From Trichosphaerium sp. ATCC 40318 (lineage: Eukaryota > Protista > Tubulinea): 64,000 bases of DNA. The stretch covers positions 82,500 to 146,499 of the forward strand of contig JALMLS010000505.1 in NCBI GenBank assembly GCA_038496445.1. Reading direction: 5' to 3'. The position numbers were made by a program, and so were the translations under genes. Shown here in pieces: positions 28,752 through 41,711 of the stretch (position 1 is the first letter of the stretch; the number at the start of each line of letters is the position of its first letter). The notes beneath the pieces were generated by a model. That model was given only the letters and a program-made list of their open reading frames with translations. It was not told where the DNA came from and searched no databases.

Positions 28752-31700
28752 TTAAGGCATATACTCGCCATCTGGGTCAACAGAAGCTTGTGCTCTAGGT
28801 CTTTTCTTTATCCTAATAACACGCTTCTTCTTTTTCGCAGGTGCCTTCTGCTTTTTAGATCTCGCAGCCTTTGATGCAGTTTTTGTCTTTGAACGCGAAT
28901 TAGCGTAGTCAGAGGCATCGCCTTTCATAAGAGACTTGAACTAAGAATAAAACATGAGTATACGACGTAACACGATAATGACTACAGTTTGCTCCAAACG
29001 CAGTCTTATTTTGTTCAAAGAGAAAAGAAAGGAAAGCTCGTTATAGAAAGATTGGTGTACCTTTTCATAAACAGTTTTCTGCATTGCCTTTGTTTTTTCC
29101 CATCCTTTTTGTTCAAGTTTCATATCAATATGAAGAGCTCTTGAAATATTAACACTTGATATTGGCATTCGTGGATTAAGGGGTCCAGGGTTAGCGTCAT
29201 TTGGCATATAAGCTTTAATCTTGCTAAAATAGGAAACAAATAAGGAACTTATTACCATATTGTAAACAATGTTGTAAACCAAGAGACGTACTTGTCAGAC
29301 AAGCCATAGAAGCTCTTTAAAAACTTTTTGATATCCAGCAGATATGTAAGCGCACGTGCTGATCGTAATAGAGGAACTAAAGGTAAAGATCATAAGCAAA
29401 AACAACTAGACGAAGAAAGAAAATAAAAACTATCGTACTCAAATTTTCGCATGTTTCACCGTTCTTGTAGTGATTACGCAACGTATCCAAAACATCTCCA
29501 CCACGGAATTGTATAATTGTGTTAATAGAGTGTATAAGGTACAGAGGCTCTTCTTGTAGTGTAAACTCGATACTAATCAAAGATACAGCAACATAATAAG
29601 CCATTGCTAGCTTAACCTAAAGAAAACAAATTAGACGAAGATCCACCAAACATTAGCATTGATAAGTTACGTACATTCTCTTGATCAAAAAAGTGAGCAA
29701 CGATCTGCAAGAATGCTCTACGAGATGACTTGAACTCATTGAATAATAAATAGAGCTTCGCGAGGGAAGATTCTCGAACAATAGTCCCGTTAGATTCAGT
29801 TTCTATCACGGCTGAAGAAAAAACGTCAGAAAACAAAACATGACAAAATTTCCTTAAAAAAACCACAAGCGTACGCTTTGCTGATCCATAACACTCAATC
29901 TGAAAATTGTAAGCCATTTCTACGCCATCTCTCAACCTTTATAAAGAAGTAAGCCACGTGAACATTACAACTTGAAGAAAAAAACCGAACCTATTTTGAA
30001 TAGAGCCTGAGTCAGCTGAGTGAATATCTTCAAGAAGAGAAGCGCCCCTAAACAAGAAACAATAAGTAAACATTATTCTTTTGTAATCTAACTAGCTATA
30101 GAAATACGTACTTATCAGCTAGGATTCCTCTATGATCCGTTGATAACGCAATAAAGTATGGAGTGCATTGAATAGGATGAACAAGTCCACGTCTTATAAC
30201 AAGAGCCATTAATTCAGCTGCTTGATTTCTAATCAATGGATCCTTATCCAATACATGCTTAAGGATCCCTTTAAGCGCATTTTGAAGTGCCCATCCAGCT
30301 ACACCCTGCAATCAAAAGTGTTAGTTGCAAAACATAAATATTCGTCTCAAAGTCCACGAAAAACACGGCACGTACAGATTCAGCGAAGCCATTATCATCC
30401 TCGTCCTTCACAGCGTTGAATACTTTAGTTTGCATTTTTTCCAACTCAAACTGAAGAAAGTCCAGGAAAGTTTTTAGAGTCTGGTTTTTAATCTTCAAGT
30501 TATTAGACTTGAGAGCTTCCCTTAAAAAAAAGTTTTAGTTTTTATACTATAACACAACACCGAGACTTACTGTACTATTTTTTGATAGCGTATAACTACG
30601 GCAGGGTAGCTACAGAATAAGAAACCAAGACCACGTAATGCTGTTGATTTGATATCAATATCTTTGCTTTGCCAAAAAGCGGTGTAAAGAGTACACATGG
30701 ACTCAACATGGTCGCCCTTTAAAATAGAGATTAGACGATTTCTTTTTGTACAAAATCGACTTTCTTATACACGTACATAACGAGCATCTTTCATCTTGTT
30801 AATGCGCTGTGTTACAATAGTGTCTTGATAGAGGGTTAGAAGGTTCTTCAAAAAAAAAAGCAAAAAAAAACCAACAAAAAACGTTGCTGTACCATTATCA
30901 AAATTGTAGTGCTTGCAAAGTAGCCCGTTACCAAATAGAGCGCGAAGGATACTCAATCTGACTTTATGAGGTTGTGCTCTAGATTTGTATTGTACACCAG
31001 CGAGGTACTTTTTGAATGCATTATACAACGTTCGTAAATGTGTATCATCGTGTGTTACTTTTGTCACAATAGTACACATACATTTAATACAACTCCGCAT
31101 GACCTTGAAAAAGAAAATTAGTAATTCAACAGACCATATAGTGTTAAAAAAAGCCAGTCAGTTTGAAACTAGAGAACATACCATCATGCCTTGCTGGTAA
31201 ACTAATGAGCATAGATCTGATTGAAGTGATTGTAGCCAAAGAGTGTTTGGTTGTGGTATTAGAGGAATAGTACGTTCTAATATTTCAGCAACTGCCTGCT
31301 TTATCTTGTCTTCTTCTTTTGACTTTTTCTACAAAACAAGCGTTAGACCTCAGAAATAGTTTTCAAAAGTAGGATTACCTTTGACTTTAAGTAAGGTTGT
31401 AAAGTCTCAACGTGAGGAATAAGAAACTCAGCGTTTGCTGAAGATAACATATTCAAAGTTAGAATAATCACAGCGACTTTCTCAACAAGCTTTGGGCCAC
31501 TCTAAATTAGCGTAAGAACGACAATATCCCACGTAAAAATACTCAAAAAACCAACGAAAAAAAGTACTTACCGTAGAAGAGTTCATTGCATCTTCTTCCT
31601 CAAGTGTAAGCGTACGCTCAACGAGAGCGTCACATATTTTTTGACATATAGTATGAACGACTTGTCTTTCCTTCTTAACACGTGTAGTATCATCATCGTC

Positions 31701-34700
31701 ATGAGTCAAAAGCTAAAGAGATAGGAACATTAGCTTCTCTTCAAGAACTTCATTTAAAGAAACAAACAAAATAGTCACGTACACTTTTAATAAGAGATTT
31801 AAGCCAAGAAAAAGCAGAAGGATTACTGCCCAAGACTTCAGTTATTTGTTCAATCTTCTGTGTAATACCAAACGTTGTCTTTTTACCAGTGCGTTCATCA
31901 ACGAATGTTTTTTCAATTTGTTTAAACCATAAAGCCTTGAAAGTGCCTATTACAAGCTCTTTTATGGACTCTTCCAAATCATCAAGACAGCTAGCCATTT
32001 TTACGCAAATAAAGGGTACAATAGGGTTGAATGGTTGGCTTAGACAAACATTCTTTGATATTTTAATAACACGTTTCCTACAAACTTGTTAGACTATTTG
32101 TAGTTGGAGAAGTTGCTTGGCGCGTACCTGACACTAAGACCCTTATCCCTGATGCGCTCTGCAATCATCATGTAGTAATGCTTTGCGAACTCTGGTCTAT
32201 ACAAGATATACCGTCCTACCATATCAACAGCAGCTTCTCTAACAGCAATAGATGCATCTTTGAAACGTGCATTCACAGCTGATTGTACTAACGACTAAAA
32301 GTAGATTGAATAAATATTCAAGCATCTTGAAAGATGAATAAACAACAAGATAAACGTACATCAGCAAGAATAGTTGGATCGCTTTCTACAATAGTTATTA
32401 AGGACTTCATGGCCTAGGAAGTGTTAGTGAGAGGAAGATGTTGGCATTAAAAGTGTACTTTTGCACGAAATTTAGTTTGTGAGTCATTCATTACAGCAAT
32501 GATACATTTCAATAAAGCAGACCATTTTTTAATAAGAGGTCGCTCAATTGAAAGACTTCTAGTGATTGTTTCAGTCCCAGAAAGAGTCAAGGAAGGGTAT
32601 TTTCCTGGATCTATGACACAATCTTCAGGCATCTTCCATTGTGCTCTAGAGTTCAAAAACTGGTTAGCAAGTCAAAAGAGTAAACTCAATACAAATCTGC
32701 TTGATTAAGTACCTATAGTAGTCTATATTTTCGTTGTGATCTTCGTAGTTCCACTGGCTAATGTGAAATTTCCTAGCAAAGGCATGGCTTACATCACCAG
32801 GTTCAGCACAAGCGAGGTAGTTCAAAATGAATTGCTTTGAAACTTGATCTTGTAGATCAGTATCTTGAGAACGCTGTGGTGTATTATCGCTTAACAAATC
32901 ATCGTTTGATTCCTCTACGCTATCATCTTCACCGAAATTCTGCAAAAAGAAATTAAGCATTGAATTGTATGTCTATATTTTGAAAAGAAGAACGTACCAC
33001 AGTTTTTTTCTTGCGTGGCGAGAAAAGGCCTTTTTCGGATGTTTTCTTCATGGAACGAATTTGACGCTTGATTCTACAAGCATCGCAGAACCAAGAAGAA
33101 GGTACACATTGTGAATCGACTTGAACACATTCTCCATGAAACCATTGATGACATTCATCACAATCTAACATAAATCGCTGTACAAAGAATAAGCACATTG
33201 GAAACCTGTAAACCAAGTTCATTTGAGGACGTACTTGACCCCATCCGGAGTTACACGTAGGACAAGTAGCACTTGAGTCTTTTCCTTCTTTTGTTGGCGT
33301 TTGTTGTGGAGAAGGTGAGGATGATATAATATTTTGAGTGTTATCAATGAACAATGCAACTCTAGCGCGAGCGCAAATGACACCCAATAACTCCACACTC
33401 AAGATACGTAGAATATCAGGTACTTCAGATTTCTTCTTTGTTATATTCTGAGCTAGGTTTCTGCTGAGAGTTTGAAGAAGTAACTCAGATACAGGCCACA
33501 TAGGTCGATTTAATGTAATCAATAAATCTTCAGCAAAATTTTTGAGTATAGGTCTATAATCGTTTTCTTTTGTACGACTAAAAACAATTGTAAACAAAAA
33601 TCAGTTATTCAAAAATTCGTGTTTATCACGGTGGCTAAGGCACGTACTTTTTACAATAAGATAATAATGTCTGGACGTAATAAGAAGCACAACCAATAGC
33701 TGCTTGGTAAGTGTTGTTGAGGTTACCTTCGTTTTCACCCTACGCATTAACTTGTAAGCTACAGTCAAAAAATGTTTTAACATACAGAACTTGGTAAACC
33801 AGTACAACTTTGGAGTAGTTGCATGACGAGAGCTGATACCATTTGTATTGATTTTTTTGTACCATTGACTTTATAAGCACGAGTACAACGTTTTTTCCCA
33901 GCGAGTTTCTTCAAGTTTATAATTGTATCTTCCAAAATAATAGAACGTTGTCCGTGGTATCTAGAAAATACCTAAACAAAAAAAAGTCAGAATCGAACTA
34001 AATCCAATACAACAAAAATCTATACTTACACCACGAAGTACAGCCATAGCACTTAACTGAAGGGCATTACCAGCATCAATATAGAAAGCAGGGAGCGATA
34101 AGTCAACAATGTCAGAGACAATAGAATCTATCAATTGACCAGCACCAAGTAACTCATATATTTTGTCCAAAATCTCTATTATTTTGTTTCGCAAAGCTCC
34201 GCTAGAAAAAATATTCGATTAGCCAAAAAAAAGGGGATGAGAATAACTTACGGGCTGTTGACATTACTGTCATGTTTTCTCTTTCTTCGCCTTTTTTTAG
34301 GCTTTGGTTTTTCTCCTTCTTTCATTTCTGTATCATCTTCAATAGGTTGATCATACGTAGGGTCATAGTGTGGTACTAGATAGTGGCGCATTTGAAATTT
34401 ACATAGTCGCAAGGAAGAGTCAATAAGCTTAATGGAGTTAATAGAATGCATTGAGGAAGAATACGAATTACCTCTTCAGAAATAAGGCCTTTTGAGATGC
34501 CCTCGGTAGTCAAGATATGAAAAGCAATCAATACGGACTCTAAACCGCTCATAACAACCAAGTAATCGTTAGACATATTCAAGTCTTCCTGTAGTAACAA
34601 GTTAACACAAGAGACATTCTGAGAATTCCTCGTACCTTTGCGTGAGGCTCTAATTTTACACCAACGCATTGGTTTATTTGTTCTTGCAAGCAAGTTGTGA

Positions 34701-35794
34701 TTTGTTTCAGCGTCTCTTCTGAAATCTTATCAAAGTTACCCATTTCCTTCAGATTTACAAACTCAGAGCAGAATTGGCTAAGAAGAATATCTGGGATAGG
34801 ACTCTTGACGTCTTGATCTTGTTTTTGTTCTTCTGGCTCATCAGTTTCCATACGATCCTAGAACGAAAGCAATTAGTTCTTCATGTATGTAATTGGAGTC
34901 ATTAAACCACGTACTGTTTTGGTACTGGCGTGCCAATTTTGTATTTGGTCTACAAAATCGTTAAACCGCCAAAGAGGATCTTTTGGTTCCTCTAAATAGG
35001 TGTTTAGTAGATTGAAAGAAGTTTTTGGTACCTTTAACTTGTGCAGTCTGCTTGCGCGTTCGTTTCTTTGGTCTCAAGTCATCAGAATCTCCAGACTTAC
35101 GCTTTTTTGGTAATTTATTTGGCGTCACTTTGGTAATGACCATCTCATTTACCTTTACAGAATTAACTACTCGTAGCCTCAAACTATCAAAAAAATTACG
35201 TTGAACTCCTTGAATGGACTTGGTGGCATAGCAGTTGGCATGTGTTTTTTTGAAATAGGCGTTAAAGGTGGAGATTTTAGTACGTAAACAGGCGCGTTTT
35301 CTAGGCGTTAGGTTAACAACACATGACATCTTGATGTTATTTTTTTTGTAGAATTGACTTTTGTTAATTCAAACAATGCGTCAAAAATGGGTATATTTCG
35401 TACCTCTGCGCTCTGCTAGAAGCATAGGGTTAACTTGATGTAACCGCGTAAGCAAAGTATTTGAAACTTGATTGCGTTGCGTTGTGACACCAGGTTTTAT
35501 ACGGCTGTGTATTAACGGTTAGGCTGTACTGGTATTTTAGCTGAGCGGTTACAATGCTCAGCTCTCTACAAGTTTTACGTACATATAATCTACGTTCGTA
35601 GCTGAAATTGCAGCGTTTAGAGACTCAACTAGGTTTATTGATGGCCTTTGGCATTGATCAATTGTTTCTGCGTAATCTGACTCGCTCAGTACTAGCGGTG
35701 CGATTGTAGGTGGTGTTACGCGCGGAAACGGTAGATCTGACGAGAGCGATGGAAAAGTGCCCGCGTTTGGCAAAAAGTGGGCGTTAGCGTGCAT
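28752..35794 (-). CDS. NIPBL: Cohesin loader Nipped-B-like / Scc2 with PHD finger
   Basis: N-terminal LPNAGTFPSLSSDLPFP; ENDYRPILKNFAEDLLITLNRPMWPVSELLL; HEAT-region motifs RFKDASIAVREAAVDMVGRY, ERIRDKGLSVR, GLVHPIQCTPYFIALSTD; PHD CPTC...MLDCDECHQWFHGEC...WFCDAC. Confidence 0.92.
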
Positions 35795-36749
35795 GTGTTA
35801 TATTGCCGCCACCTCAAAGTGGTTGATGACGTCTCGGCGGGAACAAATGAAAAAAAATGAAATTTCTGAAGATGAGGCGGGAAAATTTGGCGCAAACTTC
35901 GAAAAATGATACCTTTGTTCAAAACTGTATTTTAGTACAGCATGATAGCAAGCAAATTAGAAGATAACAATATAGCGCGACTTTTTTGGTTCTAAGACCG
36001 CCAAATGTTGGTAGTGATAGGTTTTGTTGTACCTTTTCGACAGCCTACTCGATTTCAAAAATTTCGGAATTTCTGAAACTGTCTCAAAGCGATGCTGCCC
36101 TACAACTTATTTGCTTTTTCCACAAACATCAATTGACTGTTGGATCTTCGTTGTGAGATTCAAGCATACATTTGTTCTTTTGATATAGAAGCATTTACTA
36201 AATTCCAACACTATGAAAGAGCAGGAGTCAATACACATTTTGATGAAGCGTTTGAACAAAAGATGTTACAACAGTGGTTTGAACGTGGACAACTTGCTAC
36301 AAATTGTGTTTTGTTGTCGACAACTTGTGAACATACCAAAAAAATAATAATCTATTTGTAAAAAACAAAAAACCCCAAAGTTACAATCATTAAACACGTG
36401 GTTGCACACATGCTTGAAAAACTGGTCTATGGATGGCTTAGGTACTTTTCAACAGCGTTTATTTATCCATATCATATTGGTGGAAATAAACAGGACAATA
36501 TGAGATTGTTTCTTGAGCTTTGGGCCCAACTTTAGTTTATCCCATTTTCCACTTTTGGTTGGCAGCCGCTCCTCTTTCTCTACAACGTTTCAAATGAAGA
36601 ATAGCCCGCTTCTACGGCTACGTTAGAGCCACCAAAGACTGAACATCCTTCCTCCAGGAGCGGTTCTTGATGGTATTGTCAATAGCAGTCCGACCAAAAT
36701 TCGTTGAATAAGTTGAGTTAATTTGTGCTTTTAACGAAGAGAACCAGTA

Positions 36750-37389
36750 ATGGGCAATAAACAAGGACCAGCAAAACCTGATAAAAGCAACACAGCGTAT
36801 TTTAATAGTTTTGAACTGCTTGATGGCATGATTATACCTGGGCGTAGCGACAAGCTACACGATAGCCTATTTGTAATATTTAAACACCACTCTGGTTACA
36901 GGTAAGCCAAAAACTTCAAAACAAAGGCTAGAACGTACTGTCGCACGTTAAACGCTCTCGTAGCGTTAATTTACGTAAAATTCACTCAACTTCAGAGGTC
37001 AGGTGAATATACGTCGTCTGGTTGTATGGAACAAAGGCTGGGAAGTCGTTGAGGGTGAAAACGAAATTGTAGTTGCCAAAGGAGTCTTAGAGCCTAGTAT
37101 TTTGGCAAACATTTTGAGCTTAGTCGAAAATGATGACAATGTGAAAAAAGCATCAGGAAAGAACTTTGATGAATACAATTTACCTACAATCCACATAAAA
37201 AAGAAACTAGAAGAGAAAGGTTGTAAGTGTCTGTTTCGTTATGATGCACCTGCTGATTGTTCTGGTGGTGCTTCTCCATGGATAGATGTGGCATCTAAGG
37301 ATGAATACGATCATTTACTTTCTATCATACAACCATTTGTTACAGAGATATTGGGTGCTGAACACAAGTATGACTTTGGATTACCTTAA
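36750..37389 (+). CDS. Hypothetical protein with N-myristoylation-like start (MGNKQG)
   Basis: Two exons joined in frame: MGNKQGPAKPDKSNTAYFNSFELLDG...HSGYR / GQVNIRRLVVWNKGWEVVEG...YDFGLP*. Confidence 0.6.
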
Positions 37390-37861
37390 ACTTTGTGCAG
37401 TCAATTTAATAGCAATCGCATGTCTCTGGAATACTTGTTACTTGAAATCAACTGACCATAAAGCAACGCTTACAGCCGAATTATTATTTCTTTGCTTGTA
37501 ACTGTTAGAGGTTAGATTGCGTGCCCTGAAAAATCTTGTGAGTGCTAGGTGCTAGTTGCCATTGAAGCTGCATATTCGATGCGTTTTGATAGCGTATTAG
37601 AGCATCTGAGTCACTTTCTAGCATTTGCGACCTGTTTTAGATTTCTTGTCAAATCCACGTGACTTCATAAAAATAACAAAATAGTTAGACCTAGTTTAAC
37701 CGTTACGACATCAAGTGAGAGGTTTCTTGCCATAGCTGTCAAGCTTTTCAAAAGGCTCAAATAACGTTCACAACATACAACTACCGACGATTCAATGAGA
37801 GGTATTCTGTGACAACTCTTTCAATGAACACCTCGTTTCAATTTCTTTAAAATCTCAAACG

Positions 37862-38428
37862 ATGAGTTACAAGGCTCTGGCAAAGGAAAAGGGTTTTGAT
37901 GTAAAGTGGTCCAAGGGACTATTTCCAAAGTATAGGGATGATACTGAGGACTACAAAATAACGCAAGAGAGGCTCGATGATGCAAAAGAAGTTGTTGTAC
38001 TGCTATTAGATCAAAATAAGCTGAAAATCAAAACAGCGTTCAAGAAGTATGCCAAAGGAAAGCACAAGACGCGAGAAAGGAAGAAACGGCGTAAAAACAA
38101 AAGAAAACGTGCCAAGTCGTCGAAAAAGAGAAAATGCGTCGTTACCGTAAACGTAAACGCTGCTAAGCGTAGGGTACGCAATGCAAAGTTTATTAAAGTC
38201 AGTCTCTTCAAGAAATGCAAAAATTACTTCTCAAGCTATGAAACGTACGGAGAAGCGGATGAAACAGCGGTTTGGATTAAAAAAATGCCAATGAGCGATG
38301 AAGATCTTATAGGCGTACTATTGCATGAATCATTGCATGATATCACTTTATTGAATGGTAAAGATCTTTCTGAGAGAGATGATCATCGTGTCATGCAATC
38401 TCTTGGAGAGGAAATTACAAAAGACTGA
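37862..38428 (+). CDS. Intronless 188-aa protein with HExxH zincin-like motif and a basic Lys/Arg tract
   Basis: YGEADETAVWIKKMPMSDEDLIGVLLHESLHD...ERDDH; basic tract KHKTRERKKRRKNKRKRAKSSKKRK. Confidence 0.7.
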   Translation: MSYKALAKEKGFDVKWSKGLFPKYRDDTEDYKITQERLDDAKEVVVLLLDQNKLKIKTAFKKYAKGKHKTRERKKRRKNKRKRAKSSKKRKCVVTVNVNAAKRRVRNAKFIKVSLFKKCKNYFSSYETYGEADETAVWIKKMPMSDEDLIGVLLHESLHDITLLNGKDLSERDDHRVMQSLGEEITKD

Positions 38429-38746
38429 CAAAAAAAAGTGACTTCACAAAGTAAGATTCATAACGAAGAAATGCGCTGGAAGTCATCCGATAGGTAGTGT
38501 TGAAGAATCGATTACAACAACTACAATAAGAAACTGAACAACAATCTGTAAATATTTGTAAAAGTAAATTAAAATATTTTGTAATGAACTCACTAGTGCT
38601 TTAACTTTTGGACTGAGAAAAAGTGAGAACACATTCTATGTTTTAAGGTTCCCTGCGATAAAAAGTCAACAATATCAAGTTGTGCAGAAAGTGTTTTGTT
38701 TATTACTAGTGTATTATTTTACTTATTCTGTCTCATATTATTATCG

Positions 38747-41624
38747 TTATACAACAAGCACAGAATCTTGTTTATCATTATCCCTCAGTAACCTCTTTAA
38801 TGTATTAACGTGATCATCTGTAAGGTCATTATTTCTGATATCTAAAATCTCAATACAAGGCAAAGAGATAATATCACAAAGTGTATCAATATTGTCAATA
38901 TCATTATTAGCCAAGTTCAAGTACTTTAGTCTTTGGCAACTTCTCATATCAGGTGCACGTTTTAGATCATTTGTACTCAAATCAAGGCACCTAAAATAAA
39001 ACAATATCAGAGGCATAGCTCCTAGGAGCAAGCAACCAAAGAAATACGGCAAACTTTTTTTTGAAGAAAGTTCAAACGCACTCCAAGTTTGTCGCTGTGT
39101 TTAAGCCTTGTATGTCTATAATATCGTTATTGTGCGCATCTAACCATCTGGTTTACACGTGTTAGTAATAAACATAAGTAAGATAAAAATAGGCAGAACA
39201 CAACGCACGTGAGAGAAGGAATACCGCTGACATTCAACGAACGAATATCATTGCTTGCAATATTCAAGAATCGTAATCTTCTACACTGTTCAAAAGAGTT
39301 ATCATCAATCTCTTCAATGTCATTATCAGATAAATTAAGCCACCTAACATAACAGTAGATAAGCATCAACACTCTCATGTGATAAAGCATAAAATTATTT
39401 CTCTTTTGACGTACTCAAGGTATGGCATTTTGTTACTACTTACAAACGCAGAAATATCGTTTGTTGCAGCATTTATCCACCGTAATGTTGGATGACTCAA
39501 TTTTAGTTCTTTTAAGTCATTGTTACGAACGTTAAGTCTTAAGAGACGTGTGAAACCCTTTAATTGTATGCGGAGAAGATCTATAATATAAACAGTTACT
39601 AAACTAGCAATACAAAATCAAGAATCAAAAGGGAAACTCAAAAATAGACAACTTTTTTCCTTCCTTGTTAAATGAAAAACGTACCATTTGATTCGTATGT
39701 TAAATGCGTAATAGAAGATTTATCAGATTCAGGCGCGTTAGTACTTTTAAAGCTTTTATTTCTATGACTTGAAGTAACTTCATCTCGTCCAAAGCCTGTG
39801 GAAAACGATAGAGATAAAACCAAAAAAAAAAAACCAAAATCGAAGAGAGTACAAAAACAGCGTGTTATTACCTGGTATTGTTGATGGAAAAGGTTTCCTA
39901 TAATTATTCCTGTATTTTGTAACGTCATTTGGTATTAGACCGGGGTTGAGAATAAGTGCAACAGCAGCAACCTTGCGAAAAAATAAGATAAAAAAAACTC
40001 AAGAACTTTAAGTGAACTACACTTCTATTCGTTACTTATTAATGTCATATGTGACTAACATACCATTAAAGCCATTCCTATAAACCATCCAAATCGAATA
40101 AATCCGATTTTAACAGAAGGTGTATAATGTGTTGCAAATGTTACGAATACTTCTGGATCTTTAGGAAGCATTTTTTGAGAAAGGCCAAAAAAACTCGCAA
40201 GACCATTGTTTGTTTCCATCTTTTCCGTGAAAGTAACAGTTGCATATTGCACACGTAGAGTATAGTAAGTTGGAGCGACAGACTAAGAAATAAGTAAACT
40301 ATAAGATAACGTACACGCTTTTTTTTTCATTAAAACTAAGAATAAAACAAGAAAGGCAAAAGGTCTTTATCGTACTTGGCTGGGTGTGAGAAATTCGCTA
40401 TTTTCAAATTCATCTCTAGCCATTTCATTTAGAAGTTGGTGAGGGCAACCTTTGTCATTAGCACACTGTAAAATGATGTCAGCTTCAAAAAAAAACTAAG
40501 TTGATGCACGTGAAAATTTTCAAGGCACAAAACTCCAGATACAGAAGGGTTATCCGAATACAAAAAATAGAATACTTACCATTGGACCCATATCATACGA
40601 AATAGGACCGCTGTGATAAGCTTGAATTTCAATACCCGGAGGTACAGCCCCTTTGCCAGTCCAGCCTATAAGAAACCACAAAAGTCAATAAACTAAATGA
40701 AACTGTTGCTGTTGTACCAAATACTGTTCTGCGAGCTCTTGTGCGTCCGTACCTTGAATAACGTCCTATAAATAATTAACTGCGTTTTTAGTAAAAGGAG
40801 GTCACTCAGTGACTTGGTGAGGGTGTTTTCATGAAAGTTTTCACAAAAAAAAGAAACTCGAATTAATAGTCACTTACCATAGCGGTATCTCCCAATAGAG
40901 GAACCTGCCTTTAATAGCTTCCTTTGTCCTACCACATATGCATCGTCTAGATTATAAGAAAATTATTTTTAGACAAAACCACGTGTAAATAATCAATCCG
41001 TACCAAAAACATTGTTATTGTTTTCATCATAAACATAAAAATTTTGTTTTAGAGCTGCTGACTCATCACCCAAATATTTCTGCTCTATATCAAAGTACTG
41101 TCCCTTCTCATCAAGTAAACTGATAGATATATTCAGGGCAGCTTTTTTAAAGGGCGTTAGAGGTTTTTTGGGGTTTTGTGTACATTTCTAAACGTTTACG
41201 TACATCTACTTGGGCGAAAGACGATTGCTCTGTATGCTGTTTCTGCCTGAAACAGGTTTGAAGGTATTTTAAATTCTACAACCGCTTCGTCATTTTCTAC
41301 AGCTTCTGGAAGCTGTAGCTGCGAAGGACAGGCGGCTAAATGGTGTATTTGCCTTAAAACCAGTTAAAAACGTTTTTTATTTCACATGAATGTTTGCCTA
41401 ATGCTTACCTGGATACGTAGTGCTTGATGGGGTCATTACTATTTGTGTTTCGCACTAGTCTGCACAAATTTATGTTATACCTACAAATGTAAATCAGCTA
41501 AAAATACGTAATGGACGCGTCACCATATGGCTATCTCTTGGTTAGGCAACATTACATTCGATATCGTGGAAATGGCAAGAAACACCATGCTGCCAGCCAA
41601 TAACCATACTACAATTGGCTTCAT
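38747..41624 (-). CDS. Membrane protein: N-terminal signal/TM, large ectodomain, TM, then C-terminal leucine-rich repeats
   Basis: Spliced model MKPIVVWLLAGSMVFLAISTIS... to IGFIRFGWFIGMALMV/VAAVALILNPG, then LRRs LLRLNVRNNDLKEL, WLNLSDNDIEEI, LRFLNIASNDIRSL, CLDLSTNDLKRAP, LKYLNLANNDIDNI, IEILDIRNNDLTD. Confidence 0.7.
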
Positions 41625-41711
41625 TATGTCTAGGTCGTATTATGGTCGCTTCATGCATGACTTAGGAGCCTAGCTTAAAACCATGCCGCTTCGCTCGGAG
41701 AAATGCACATC

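Noticed and set aside
36140-36361. 73-aa ORF upstream of NIPBL
   Set aside because: Non-ATG start, no motif and no consistent exon chain.
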